NCBI GenBank assembly: GCA_902727925.1 | Contig: CACVAW010000061.1 | Location: 713 to 64,712, forward strand | Direction: 5' to 3' | DNA from: an uncultured Campylobacterales bacterium | Lineage (GTDB): Bacteria; Campylobacterota; Campylobacteria; Campylobacterales; CACVAW01 | DNA: 64,000 nucleotides | In this document: piece by piece, positions 10,360 to 20,062 of the stretch | Numbering within the stretch: position 1 is the first letter of the stretch | Layout: each line of letters opens with the position of its first letter | Notes under the pieces: generated by a model | Told to the model about the DNA's origin: nothing | The model's input: only the letters and a program-made list of their open reading frames with translations | Databases searched by the model: none | Translations under genes and position numbers: made by a program

Positions 10360-12351
10360 ATGAATATTTCAAAAATATTTTTACTGGGAATCGTATTAAA
10401 AGTATTTTTATTATCTATTTTTACCTCAGAATATAATGAGAGTTTATTTTATCCATTTGTTAGTAGTTTTATACAGGACTCATTAAACCCTTGGCAGTAC
10501 TATGTGGACAATGAACTAAACTTAGATGCCTTCCCCTATCACTCAGTTATGCTATATATTTTGTATCCTTTTTCTTTACTTGCTCAAATAGTGGGTACTT
10601 TTTCTTTTAAGCTTCCACTCCTTATTTCAGATTTGAGTATTTTAGTAGTTCTATTTAAGCTTTTCCCACAAAAAAAAGATAATATTTATTGGTTTTATTT
10701 TTTAAATCCTATTGTTATTTATTCTACTTATATACATGCTCAGTTAGATATTATACCTACTGCAATGCTTTTGTGGTGCATATACTTTCTCATATCAAAA
10801 AAATATGTTGTTTCCATGAGCATATTTGCTTTAGCTGTAGCTACAAAGTTTCATATTATTATAGCTTTACCTCTAGTTCTTTATTATATCTATAAAGTCA
10901 ATATTAAGTGGTCATTAATTTATTTTTTTGGTGTGCTAGTTATATTTTTATTACTTGATTTACCTTTTATTTTTAGTGATGGGTTTACTCAGATGGTATT
11001 GTTTAATTCAAAACAATCATTACTTTTTGATACATTTTACGATATGACAGAAGCAAAGATTTTTTTGCCAGTAGCTGGTATTTTAGCTGTTTATTTCCAC
11101 TTTTTTAATCAACAAAAAATTAATTATGACTTATTGTTTTTTTATTTTGGGCTTCTTTTTACTGTAACTATATTTTTTATTTATCCATCACCTGCTTGGT
11201 ATGTTTGGATAGTTCCCTTTTTATCTATTTATTTTATTCAAAATCAAAATAAAGTTGTTCTAATATATATAGTTTTTTCTATTGCTTATTTAGTGTTTTT
11301 TCTATTTTTTTATCAAAGTGACTATATTGATATTTTATTTTTAGGTATACCAATAGATTTAAAAATTCAAAATGAGAAGTTAATGAATTTGTCATTTACT
11401 TTTTTAGAAGTTTTACTTTTGGTTATTATTTATCTTTTTTATAAATATGGTATTAAAAGTAATTCTATCTATAAAAGAAAAACAAATTTAGTTTTGGGTA
11501 TAGGTGGAGATAGTGCTACAGGTAAAACTACGCTATTAGATACTTTAGAAAAGTTATTTGATAATAAGTTACTCAAGATAGAAGGTGATGGTGAACATAA
11601 ATGGGAAAGAGGAGATGAGAACTGGCAGCAATTTACTCATCTTGACCCTAAAGCAAATAATATTCACAAACAGGCTGATGGAATTTATGCATTAAAAAAT
11701 AACAAAGTATTTTATAGAAAAGAGTATGATCATAAAAGTGGTAAGTTTACTAAAATACTTAAAATTGAACCTAAAGAATTTATAGTTATAGCAGGACTTC
11801 ATCCTTTTTATTTACCAAGACTTAGAAAAAATGTAGATTTAAAAATTTATATTGATACAGATGAGGAACTTAGACGACATTGGAAAATAATAAGAGACAA
11901 AAAGAGTAGAGGATATGAAAAAGATAGTGTATTAAAGCAGATAATACATAGGGAAAATGATGCTACAAAATATATACATCCACAAAAAGATTTTGCAGAT
12001 ATTATTATTAAATATTTTCCTATATCAGAATTTGAACTTGGAGTTGAAAGTCCAAATTTAAAATTAGGTTTGAGAATTACTTTTGATGCAAATATACATT
12101 TTGAAGATGTATTGGAAAAACTTGATTGTGAGTTGCTTTGGGACTACAATGAAGACTTGAAGTCTCAATATATAGAGTTAGTTGTTGAACCTGATATTGA
12201 CTTTGAAGAAGTTGCACAAAGCAGTGTGGATAATATTTCAGAGATAGTTTCTCCTGAGGTCAATTATAAAAGTGGATATGAAGGTCTTATTCAGTTGATA
12301 CTTCTTATATTAGTAAGCAATAAATTAAAAGAAGAAAATAATGAAATATAA
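10360..12351 (+). CDS. fusion protein: polytopic GT-C-like membrane domain plus C-terminal phosphoribulokinase/uridine-kinase family P-loop domain
   Basis: ATG at 10360, 2 nt after the fcl stop; the track ORF from 10291 overlaps fcl. About 400 aa of TM helices. Then Walker A GIGGDSATGKTT, THLDPKANN, YDHKSGKF, IAGLHPFY and DLKIYIDTDEELRRHWKIIRD, as in PRK/UK kinases. Confidence 0.75.
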   Translation: MNISKIFLLGIVLKVFLLSIFTSEYNESLFYPFVSSFIQDSLNPWQYYVDNELNLDAFPYHSVMLYILYPFSLLAQIVGTFSFKLPLLISDLSILVVLFKLFPQKKDNIYWFYFLNPIVIYSTYIHAQLDIIPTAMLLWCIYFLISKKYVVSMSIFALAVATKFHIIIALPLVLYYIYKVNIKWSLIYFFGVLVIFLLLDLPFIFSDGFTQMVLFNSKQSLLFDTFYDMTEAKIFLPVAGILAVYFHFFNQQKINYDLLFFYFGLLFTVTIFFIYPSPAWYVWIVPFLSIYFIQNQNKVVLIYIVFSIAYLVFFLFFYQSDYIDILFLGIPIDLKIQNEKLMNLSFTFLEVLLLVIIYLFYKYGIKSNSIYKRKTNLVLGIGGDSATGKTTLLDTLEKLFDNKLLKIEGDGEHKWERGDENWQQFTHLDPKANNIHKQADGIYALKNNKVFYRKEYDHKSGKFTKILKIEPKEFIVIAGLHPFYLPRLRKNVDLKIYIDTDEELRRHWKIIRDKKSRGYEKDSVLKQIIHRENDATKYIHPQKDFADIIIKYFPISEFELGVESPNLKLGLRITFDANIHFEDVLEKLDCELLWDYNEDLKSQYIELVVEPDIDFEEVAQSSVDNISEIVSPEVNYKSGYEGLIQLILLILVSNKLKEENNEI

Positions 12352-13018
12352 AGCACTTTTATTAGATATTGATAATACTTTATATAGTTATGATTATGCA
12401 CATTTAGAGGCTAAAAGTAGAGTTTTTTTATTTTTTAAAACTAAATTTAACTTACAAGTAGATGTTTTGGATGAAGCTTATTCTAAAGCTAGAGCAAGTG
12501 TTCATATAGATTTGATTGGTAGTGGTGCTTCACATAATAGAATTTTGTATTTTCAAAAGATGTTAGAATTTTTAGAGTTAGATATTTTTACTTATACATT
12601 AGAAATTTATGAAATTTATTGGAGTACTTTTTTAGAGTATATGAAAAAATTCACAGGTGTAGATGAAGTTTTGACAAAATATCAAAATAAGATTTGTTTA
12701 GTTACAGATTTAACAGCTCATATACAACATAGAAAAGCAAATAAACTTGAACTTAACAAATATGTTAAAAAAATGGTTACAAGTGAAGAATCTGGACATG
12801 AAAAGCCACATTCATATATTTTTATATTAGCACTTCAAAAACTTGGATTAAATGAAAATGAAGTTTGTATGATTGGTGATAATTTTAAAAAAGATATTAT
12901 TGGAGCTAGTAATTTAGGTATTAATTCTATTTGGCTTAACTTAAATAATGAAAAACAAAAGTATAACAATCTGGTAAAAGAAGTAAATAAGTTTGAAGAT
13001 ATATTAGGATTAATATGA
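12341..13018 (+). CDS. HAD-superfamily phosphatase
   Basis: Motif I LLDIDNTLY, motif II VTDLT and motif IV GDNFKKDI. Confidence 0.8.
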   Translation: MKYKALLLDIDNTLYSYDYAHLEAKSRVFLFFKTKFNLQVDVLDEAYSKARASVHIDLIGSGASHNRILYFQKMLEFLELDIFTYTLEIYEIYWSTFLEYMKKFTGVDEVLTKYQNKICLVTDLTAHIQHRKANKLELNKYVKKMVTSEESGHEKPHSYIFILALQKLGLNENEVCMIGDNFKKDIIGASNLGINSIWLNLNNEKQKYNNLVKEVNKFEDILGLI

Positions 13019-14085
13019 ATGAAATAAAAGATTTAGTAGCAATATCAAGATATGCTGGAGAAAGATTTGATTTGGTTCAAGCTGGAGGTGGAAATAGCTC
13101 AGTCAAGTTTGAATCTGGTGAAATGGTAATAAAAGCTTCAGGTTTTTTATTAAGTGATGTTTGTGATGATACTGGGTACTCAAAAGTTTATACAAAACAA
13201 ATATCACAAATCGTAAAAAATAAAGAAGTTATAAATACTACAATTAAAAAACAAAGAGAAGAAATAACATCTAAATTAGTTCAAGATGCCACAATAGATA
13301 CGCTCAATAGACCTTCTATTGAAACACTTTTACACTCTTTTTTGTCAAAATATACTTTACATACTCATCCGGTGGTTGTCAACATGATAGTTATTCAAAA
13401 AGAATTTAAAACAATTTTGAAAAATATCTTTAAAGATGATAATATAGTTTTAGTGAATTATCAAACTCCTGGAATTGAACTGGCTCTTGCGTTAGATAAA
13501 GAGTTAGAAAAGTGTTCAAAAACACCGAATATAATATTCCTTCAAAATCATGGTCTTATAGTAACTTCGGATAAAGTAGAAGAGATAAAAACATTAACAG
13601 AATATGTAATATCAAAAATAGAAAACTATCTAAATATAGATATGAATAAATATAAACTCACAAATAATATTACTTCACTTTTGAACTCTGTAAAAATAAA
13701 TTCAAATATATCTTATCTAAATGATGATCAATTTTTAAATGAACAAATAATAAAAAATAGAAATCTTTTTTTCGATACTCCTTTTTGTCCTGATAGTTTG
13801 GTATATTGTGGTGTTAGTAGTTGTGAGGTTGATGATTTAAGTAGTTGTGAAAGTATAAGAGAATATAAAAATAAATATTTTGAACTACCAAAAGTAATAC
13901 TTTATAAAAACCATCTTTTTTTTAATGCAATAAATATAAAAAAAGCAAAAGAAATACAAGAGGTTTTTAAATTTCATATTATGGTTTTGTCGAGAAATAA
14001 AGATACTGAGAATAATTTTTTAAGTTTAAATGAACTAGCTTATCTTAGTAATTGGGAAGCTGAAAAATACAGACAAGGTATATAA
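13015..14085 (+). CDS. class II aldolase/adducin-family protein (aldolase/epimerase/dehydratase-like)
   Basis: QAGGGNSSVK, IKASGFLLSDV, RPSIETLLHSF, HTHP and LQNHGLIVTS resemble the aldolase half of rhamnulose-1-P aldolase/SDR fusions. Confidence 0.65.
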   Translation: MNEIKDLVAISRYAGERFDLVQAGGGNSSVKFESGEMVIKASGFLLSDVCDDTGYSKVYTKQISQIVKNKEVINTTIKKQREEITSKLVQDATIDTLNRPSIETLLHSFLSKYTLHTHPVVVNMIVIQKEFKTILKNIFKDDNIVLVNYQTPGIELALALDKELEKCSKTPNIIFLQNHGLIVTSDKVEEIKTLTEYVISKIENYLNIDMNKYKLTNNITSLLNSVKINSNISYLNDDQFLNEQIIKNRNLFFDTPFCPDSLVYCGVSSCEVDDLSSCESIREYKNKYFELPKVILYKNHLFFNAINIKKAKEIQEVFKFHIMVLSRNKDTENNFLSLNELAYLSNWEAEKYRQGI

Positions 14086-14110
14086 AATTGTGTATAGTGA
14101 AGTATAAATA

Positions 14111-15691
14111 ATGCCAAATAAAGAAGTTTCAAAGATAAATCTTACTTACTTATTAGTTTTATCTGGATATTCTCTTCTTGTTTTTCTTTTAAATGCTACA
14201 GCCTATGAATGGCCTGCAATTGATATGTTTTCATTTTTTGAGAGATATTACAATAGTGAATACTTAGAAAATGATTTTTTTACAAATGCAATTACTAGCG
14301 AACCAAATCCTAGGTGGATTTTTGGTTATTTAATAATATCAATAGCAAGTTTTTTTAATATACATTTTTATGTAGCTATTTTTTATTTAAAAGTAATTAT
14401 GGTAGTTACTTTTCCAGTAGTATGTTATTTTATGGTGTATTCTTTCGTGAAAAAATATATCATAAAAGATAGATTAAAATATGTTCAAATAATTATATTT
14501 TGTTCAGTTTTATTTGTAATGAACCCCAAAGTTTCAGGGATATTTTCTATAGCTTGGTGGATGCCATATTTTATACAAGTTACTGCACAAAATGTAAGTT
14601 TATATTTAGGATTTTTAGCGATAGTTATAAAAGAAGTAAGTTGGCATTCAAAAGAACTTAATTTTCTAGCTATAGTATTATTCTTATTATCGGTTTTTAT
14701 TCATCCAATAGTTGGGTTATTCGTGATTATATTTTTTTGTTTATTAAACTTTTCTCATATTATAAAAGAGTATAAGTATTTCATTTCGTTTTTATTTATT
14801 ACTTGTTTAATCCCTTTTACTATAGTCAAAACTTTATTTTCACCTGAGATAGTCTTGAGTACAAAAGAGTTTATAGACATATATGTTTATAAAAGTCATG
14901 CAAGCCATTACCATTTATCACAGTTTGGTTCACACATCAGTTTGAATTGGATTTATAGTTTTACTCTTATGTTAGTATTAATGCTTGTGCCATTAATATA
15001 TTTTTATATGAAAAAACAAAAAAAGATTATTCTTCTTAATCTATTATTAATATCCAGTTATCTATTTTCAGTTTTATTTCAATATATATTTATAGATATA
15101 TTTCCAAGTAAAAGTATTGCTATAATAGGGCCTGTAAGATTTACTCAGTTTGCTTATTGGATGATTGTAATATTATGGGTTATAATGTTTTCAAGAATTA
15201 AAATTATTGATAAATTAAACTTCAATTTAATAATTAGTAAAAGTTTATTTTTTCTAGTTTTTGTTATATATTTTTTACTTGGGACTATATTTTTAGATGA
15301 TTATAAAAAAGGCGTTCATGGAAAAAATATAGCTATACATAGATTTGTATCTACTACAGATGAAAAAAGTGTTTTTGCATCTTTTTTGGGAGATCTAACT
15401 AAAGATATTCCAAATATTTATGATAGAGCTATATTTATAGGTAATGGATTTCCTTTTAGTGAATCATTTTTTCAGGAATATGAAATGAGAAGAGAATTAT
15501 TATATGGAGATACAGGAAATGAATTTTATAGATCTATAAAACCAAAAGATTTTTTAAATATAGCTAAAAGATATAGGCTTGACTATATTATAATTGAATT
15601 GCAATACTCAAAGCAATTTGAAGGTAATACCCCTGTATTTGAAAATAAAAAAATAAAAATTTATAAAATAAATGATTTGAAGGTGAGATAA
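14111..15691 (+). CDS. polytopic membrane protein with soluble C-terminal domain (GT-C-like architecture)
   Basis: 526 aa, about 12 TM segments followed by a ~130 aa hydrophilic tail. No specific motif recognised. Confidence 0.55.
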   Translation: MPNKEVSKINLTYLLVLSGYSLLVFLLNATAYEWPAIDMFSFFERYYNSEYLENDFFTNAITSEPNPRWIFGYLIISIASFFNIHFYVAIFYLKVIMVVTFPVVCYFMVYSFVKKYIIKDRLKYVQIIIFCSVLFVMNPKVSGIFSIAWWMPYFIQVTAQNVSLYLGFLAIVIKEVSWHSKELNFLAIVLFLLSVFIHPIVGLFVIIFFCLLNFSHIIKEYKYFISFLFITCLIPFTIVKTLFSPEIVLSTKEFIDIYVYKSHASHYHLSQFGSHISLNWIYSFTLMLVLMLVPLIYFYMKKQKKIILLNLLLISSYLFSVLFQYIFIDIFPSKSIAIIGPVRFTQFAYWMIVILWVIMFSRIKIIDKLNFNLIISKSLFFLVFVIYFLLGTIFLDDYKKGVHGKNIAIHRFVSTTDEKSVFASFLGDLTKDIPNIYDRAIFIGNGFPFSESFFQEYEMRRELLYGDTGNEFYRSIKPKDFLNIAKRYRLDYIIIELQYSKQFEGNTPVFENKKIKIYKINDLKVR

Positions 15692-17337
15692 TGCATATAA
15701 TAGTACCAATGTCGGGAATAGGAAAAAGATTTATAGATGCTGGATATAAAGATCCAAAGCCTTTAATAATGGTTGACGAAAAACCTATAATAGAACATGT
15801 TTGTGAACTTTTTCCAGGTGAAGATAAGTTTACTTTTATTTGTAACTCTAAACATCTTGCTACAACGAATATGAGAGAAGTATTACTTAAAATAAAACCA
15901 AATGCAAATATAGTTGAAATTCCAAATCATAAAAAAGGTCCAGTTTACGCGGTATCTTTGATGAAAAATTTTATAAGTGATGATGAAGAGGTTATTGTTA
16001 ATTATTGTGACTTTGGTACTTATTGGGATTATGAAGATTTTTTAGCTCATACAAGAGGTAGAAATGCTGATGGTGCAATACCGGCATATAAGGGATTTCA
16101 TCCTCATATGTTAGGAACTACAAATTATGCATTTATGAGAGATGATAAGCAGTGGATGTTAGAAATAAAAGAAAAAGAGCCTTTTACAAATAACCGTATG
16201 AATGAGTATGCTTCTAATGGAACATATTACTTTAAAAAAGGTTCATACCTAAAAAAATATTTTGATGACCTTATCAAAAAAGATATTGACTTAAATGGTG
16301 AATATTACGTATCACTTGTCTATAATCTACTTGCCGAAGATGGACTTAAAGTTTCTATATATGATGTAGAACATATGCTTCAGTGGGGAACACCACAAGA
16401 CGTCGAAGAATATAAGACTTGGTCGAAATACTTTAGAAATGTGTGTGAAGATTTATCAAAGCTAAAGCCAAAAGAAAGTAGTGTTACATTGATTCCTTTA
16501 GCTGGAAGAGGTAGTAGGTTTGCAAATGAAGGATATAGTGATCCAAAACCTTTAATAGAAGTGAGTGCAAAACCTATGATAGTTCAAGCAGCGAATTCTT
16601 TGCCTAATTCAAAAGAACATATTTTTGTAACACTTAATGAACACTTAGATAATTACCCATTAGAAAATACTTTAAAAACTGAGTACCCAAATTCAAATAT
16701 CATCTGTATTGATGAAGTTACAAGTGGTCAAGCTATTACTTGTAGTCTTGGGTTAAAAGATGTTGATGAAGAGAAGTCTTTGCTTATAGCTGCTACAGAT
16801 AATGGTATGCTTTATGATAAACAAAAGTATGAAAAGCTAATTTTAGATGATAATGTTGATGCTGTTGTTTTTACTTTTAAAAATCATATCTCAAGTAAAA
16901 AAAATCCCGAAATGTATGGCTGGGTAAAAGTAGATAATGAAGATAATGTAAATGCAGTATCAGTGAAAGTTCCTATTTCAGATAATCCGTATGATGATAA
17001 TGCAATAGTTGGTACTTTTTATTTCAAAAAAGTTAAGTATTTTAACGAAGCTTTAAATAGTCTGTTACAGAACAATATTAGGGTTAATGGTGAGTATTAT
17101 GTAGATAGTATGATGGCAGAATTACTTAAACTAGGATATAACGTAAAAGCTTTTGAAGTTGATGATTATATTTGTTGGGGAACACCAAATGATTATGAGA
17201 CATTTGTGTATTGGCAAAGTTTTTTTCATAAGTGTGATTGGCATCCATATTCTTTAGAAAAAGACAAAAGCGTAAACCAAAGTAAGATCTCTGAGCTAGA
17301 TAAGAAATATAGATCTTTTGAACAAGAGTATAAATGA
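15691..17337 (+). CDS. tandem double sugar-phosphate nucleotidyltransferase-like protein
   Basis: Two homologous halves each start with a GxGxRF signature followed by DPKPLI: VPMSGIGKRFIDAGYKDPKPLI and IPLAGRGSRFANEGYSDPKPLI. Each half ends with NGEYYV...WGTP. Confidence 0.7.
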   Translation: MHIIVPMSGIGKRFIDAGYKDPKPLIMVDEKPIIEHVCELFPGEDKFTFICNSKHLATTNMREVLLKIKPNANIVEIPNHKKGPVYAVSLMKNFISDDEEVIVNYCDFGTYWDYEDFLAHTRGRNADGAIPAYKGFHPHMLGTTNYAFMRDDKQWMLEIKEKEPFTNNRMNEYASNGTYYFKKGSYLKKYFDDLIKKDIDLNGEYYVSLVYNLLAEDGLKVSIYDVEHMLQWGTPQDVEEYKTWSKYFRNVCEDLSKLKPKESSVTLIPLAGRGSRFANEGYSDPKPLIEVSAKPMIVQAANSLPNSKEHIFVTLNEHLDNYPLENTLKTEYPNSNIICIDEVTSGQAITCSLGLKDVDEEKSLLIAATDNGMLYDKQKYEKLILDDNVDAVVFTFKNHISSKKNPEMYGWVKVDNEDNVNAVSVKVPISDNPYDDNAIVGTFYFKKVKYFNEALNSLLQNNIRVNGEYYVDSMMAELLKLGYNVKAFEVDDYICWGTPNDYETFVYWQSFFHKCDWHPYSLEKDKSVNQSKISELDKKYRSFEQEYK

Positions 17338-17699
17338 GTCTAAAAAAAGAGCTAAGTAGATTTTTAGTTGCTGGTATTAGTGCTGTTGGTACAGATTTAA
17401 TTACTTATTATTTATTGTTGTTTATTTTAGAGCCAAGTATTTCAAAAGCTATATCTTTTATATTGGGAACAATAGTAGCTTTTACGATAAATAAATATTG
17501 GACTTTTGAAAAACATAAAAAATCATATAAAGAAATTTTTTCTTTTATGAGTTTGTATACAATAACCTTAGGGGTAAATGTATTTGTAAATGATATAGTA
17601 TTAGAGTATTCAGAGATAATCATTTTGGCTTTTTTTGTTGCTACTGGTTTTAGTACAGTACTTAACTTTATTGGTCAGAAGTGGTGGGTTTTTAGATGA
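17334..17699 (+). CDS. GtrA-family small membrane protein (polyprenyl-P-sugar translocation)
   Basis: 121 aa, 4 TM segments, FLVAGISAVGTDL...NKYWTF...QKWWVF. Confidence 0.8.
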   Translation: MSLKKELSRFLVAGISAVGTDLITYYLLLFILEPSISKAISFILGTIVAFTINKYWTFEKHKKSYKEIFSFMSLYTITLGVNVFVNDIVLEYSEIIILAFFVATGFSTVLNFIGQKWWVFR

Positions 17700-19363
17700 G
17701 TAAAATTAAATATATAAATATTTTTTTATTAATTGCTCTTTTAGGGTTACTTCTATTATCAGTTCTATTCAGGTACAATAGTTTAGATTCTCATTTCTCT
17801 CATGTAGATGATTTGATTGTTCCTAGGGTTTTTAATTCAATAAATAGCTCAAACGAGTTTATTCAAAAAGTCAATACAAAAGTAGAGTTAAACGAAGTAA
17901 GTCAAAATATAATCAAGGTTTTATATCCTGTATTAAAGCCTCTTTTATTTGCAGTTTCAGTTTCTGGTTCTTCTACTTATGCTCCTATACAGTTTGTTTT
18001 TTCATCATTTTTGTTAGATGAGCATTATAGTTACAAAGATACTCTATTTTGGTCTAGAATACCTTCTTTTATTGCTTTTATTATCTCTTTATTTTTATTT
18101 TTTTATGTAGTTAGGGGTATCAATAAAAAAGAGAGTAAAACTTCTATTTTATTTGGTATTACAATATTAGCGTCTTCATGGCAGTTTTGTATTTATAGTA
18201 TGCAATCACAAAGCTATGCTATTGGTGTTATGGCTGTATTTATATTGTTTATTACTTTTATTAGATTAATTAATGATGATAAGTTAAGTAACTTAAAAGC
18301 ATTTAACTATGGAATAATTTTATCTATTTTGATGTTTACTCAATATCAAATTTTGTTTTTTTTACCAGCTTTTTTTATTATTAGTGGTATTATAAAATTT
18401 GAGCAGTTAAAAAAAATATTGATAATCTTTTTTATTCAGGTTTTTTCTTTTATAGTTTTGTATACTTTATTTTTAAAGAACTTAGTTGGCAATGGGTTGA
18501 ACTGGAACGTAGGAGTAAATAAAGAATTTTTATTTGAATTACCAGATGGATTTTTAAATATAGTCAATTATTCTTTAGACTTTTTTATTAATAATAGTTA
18601 TATTACATTCAAATCACTTGTTATTTTTATGAATAGTAGTATTAATACAGTTGTTACTATTTTTTTTATTATACTATTTTTTATAGGATTATTTTCATTT
18701 GCAAAATCTAGTTTGGTTCTCAAAAAATCTTTTTTTTATTTTACAGTTATATCTTTTTTGACATGGATAAGTTTAATAATGATGCAAAAACTCACATTAA
18801 GCCCTACTAGACATTCTCTTATACTTATTGGGTTTATTGCTTTGTATGTCTTTTTTGGGTTTAATCATTTGTTAGGATATATAAGACAAATACAGCTCAA
18901 AAGATTTTTTATTTTGGCTTTGTCTGTATTTGTTAGTTTTAGTTTTAGTTTTAATTATCAAAAAGTTTTCACTCATAGAGTAGATAAGTTCGATGAAAAA
19001 GAGATTAAAAGTATCATCAATAAGCATAATATAAATACTATATATAACTATAATTGGACTTGGAATTTAGTATTTATGCCCTCAATAATGAAAGACTTTG
19101 AAATCGTAAATTCTAATAGAAATATATATCTGAAAAAGAAAGAAAATAAAGACGAAAAAAATATTATGATAATAACACATCGTAATAGACTCAATAAGGA
19201 ATCAATAAAGGATATTCTTCGTTCAATAGATATTAATAACTATAAAGATTATTTTATAAAGTATAAAAAAGAAGACTTTAGTGATACTCAGATAAGTATA
19301 TCTGACTTGACAAAAAATGGAACAAATTCCTTGGCTATATATATTTTGGGAGTAGATAAATGA
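17696..19363 (+). CDS. polytopic membrane protein, GT-C-like (candidate periplasmic glycosyltransferase)
   Basis: 555 aa. There is an acidic HVDD motif after TM1, many TM segments and a ~140 aa soluble C-terminus. It lies between gtrA and the GT2 gene. Confidence 0.55.
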   Translation: MSKIKYINIFLLIALLGLLLLSVLFRYNSLDSHFSHVDDLIVPRVFNSINSSNEFIQKVNTKVELNEVSQNIIKVLYPVLKPLLFAVSVSGSSTYAPIQFVFSSFLLDEHYSYKDTLFWSRIPSFIAFIISLFLFFYVVRGINKKESKTSILFGITILASSWQFCIYSMQSQSYAIGVMAVFILFITFIRLINDDKLSNLKAFNYGIILSILMFTQYQILFFLPAFFIISGIIKFEQLKKILIIFFIQVFSFIVLYTLFLKNLVGNGLNWNVGVNKEFLFELPDGFLNIVNYSLDFFINNSYITFKSLVIFMNSSINTVVTIFFIILFFIGLFSFAKSSLVLKKSFFYFTVISFLTWISLIMMQKLTLSPTRHSLILIGFIALYVFFGFNHLLGYIRQIQLKRFFILALSVFVSFSFSFNYQKVFTHRVDKFDEKEIKSIINKHNINTIYNYNWTWNLVFMPSIMKDFEIVNSNRNIYLKKKENKDEKNIMIITHRNRLNKESIKDILRSIDINNYKDYFIKYKKEDFSDTQISISDLTKNGTNSLAIYILGVDK

Positions 19364-20061
19364 AACTATCAATAGTTGTACCTTGTTATAATGAAGAAAA
19401 GAACATACCTTTAATCTTAGAAAAGTTTAATAGTATAATAAAAAGAGATGATATAGAAGTTGTTTTAGTAGATAATGGTTCAACTGATAATAGTAAAGCT
19501 GTAATATCAAAACAGTGTATAAAGTATTCTTTTGTAAAAGTAGTGTCTATAGAACAAAATCAAGGTTATGGGCATGGTATTGTAAGTGGTCTTGAAAACT
19601 CTTGTGGTGAGTTTATAGGATATACTCACGCAGATATGCAAACAGATCCAGCTGATATTATCAAAGCTCTTAATCTTATTGAAAATCAAACTAATCCTAA
19701 AAATTGTTATGTAAAAGGGAATAGAAAAGGTAGGCCTTTTTTTGATCAGTTTTTTACTATAGGAATGAGCTTGTTTGAGAGTATATATTTACGTACAAAA
19801 CTATGGGATATAAATGCTCAGCCCAATATCTTTCATAATAGTTTTTTTGATTTTGTAAAAGAGACTTGTCCAAAGGATTTTTCGCTTGATTTGTATTTGT
19901 TATATATGGCTCAAAAACGAGGTTTAGATGTAGTTAGGTTTGATGTAGTTTTTCCTCCTCGTATTCATGGTACATCGAGTTGGAATACAGGATTAGCTTC
20001 TAAATATAAATTCATAAAACGAACATTTGATTTTAGTTTTAAATTGAAAAAAAAGATTTAA
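19360..20061 (+). CDS. GT2 polyprenyl-phosphate glycosyltransferase (DPM1/GtrB/ArnC-like, no TM tail)
   Basis: LSIVVPCYNEEKNI, VLVDNGSTDNS, NQGYGHGI and HADMQTDP. Confidence 0.8.
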   Translation: MKLSIVVPCYNEEKNIPLILEKFNSIIKRDDIEVVLVDNGSTDNSKAVISKQCIKYSFVKVVSIEQNQGYGHGIVSGLENSCGEFIGYTHADMQTDPADIIKALNLIENQTNPKNCYVKGNRKGRPFFDQFFTIGMSLFESIYLRTKLWDINAQPNIFHNSFFDFVKETCPKDFSLDLYLLYMAQKRGLDVVRFDVVFPPRIHGTSSWNTGLASKYKFIKRTFDFSFKLKKKI

Positions 20062-20062
20062 T

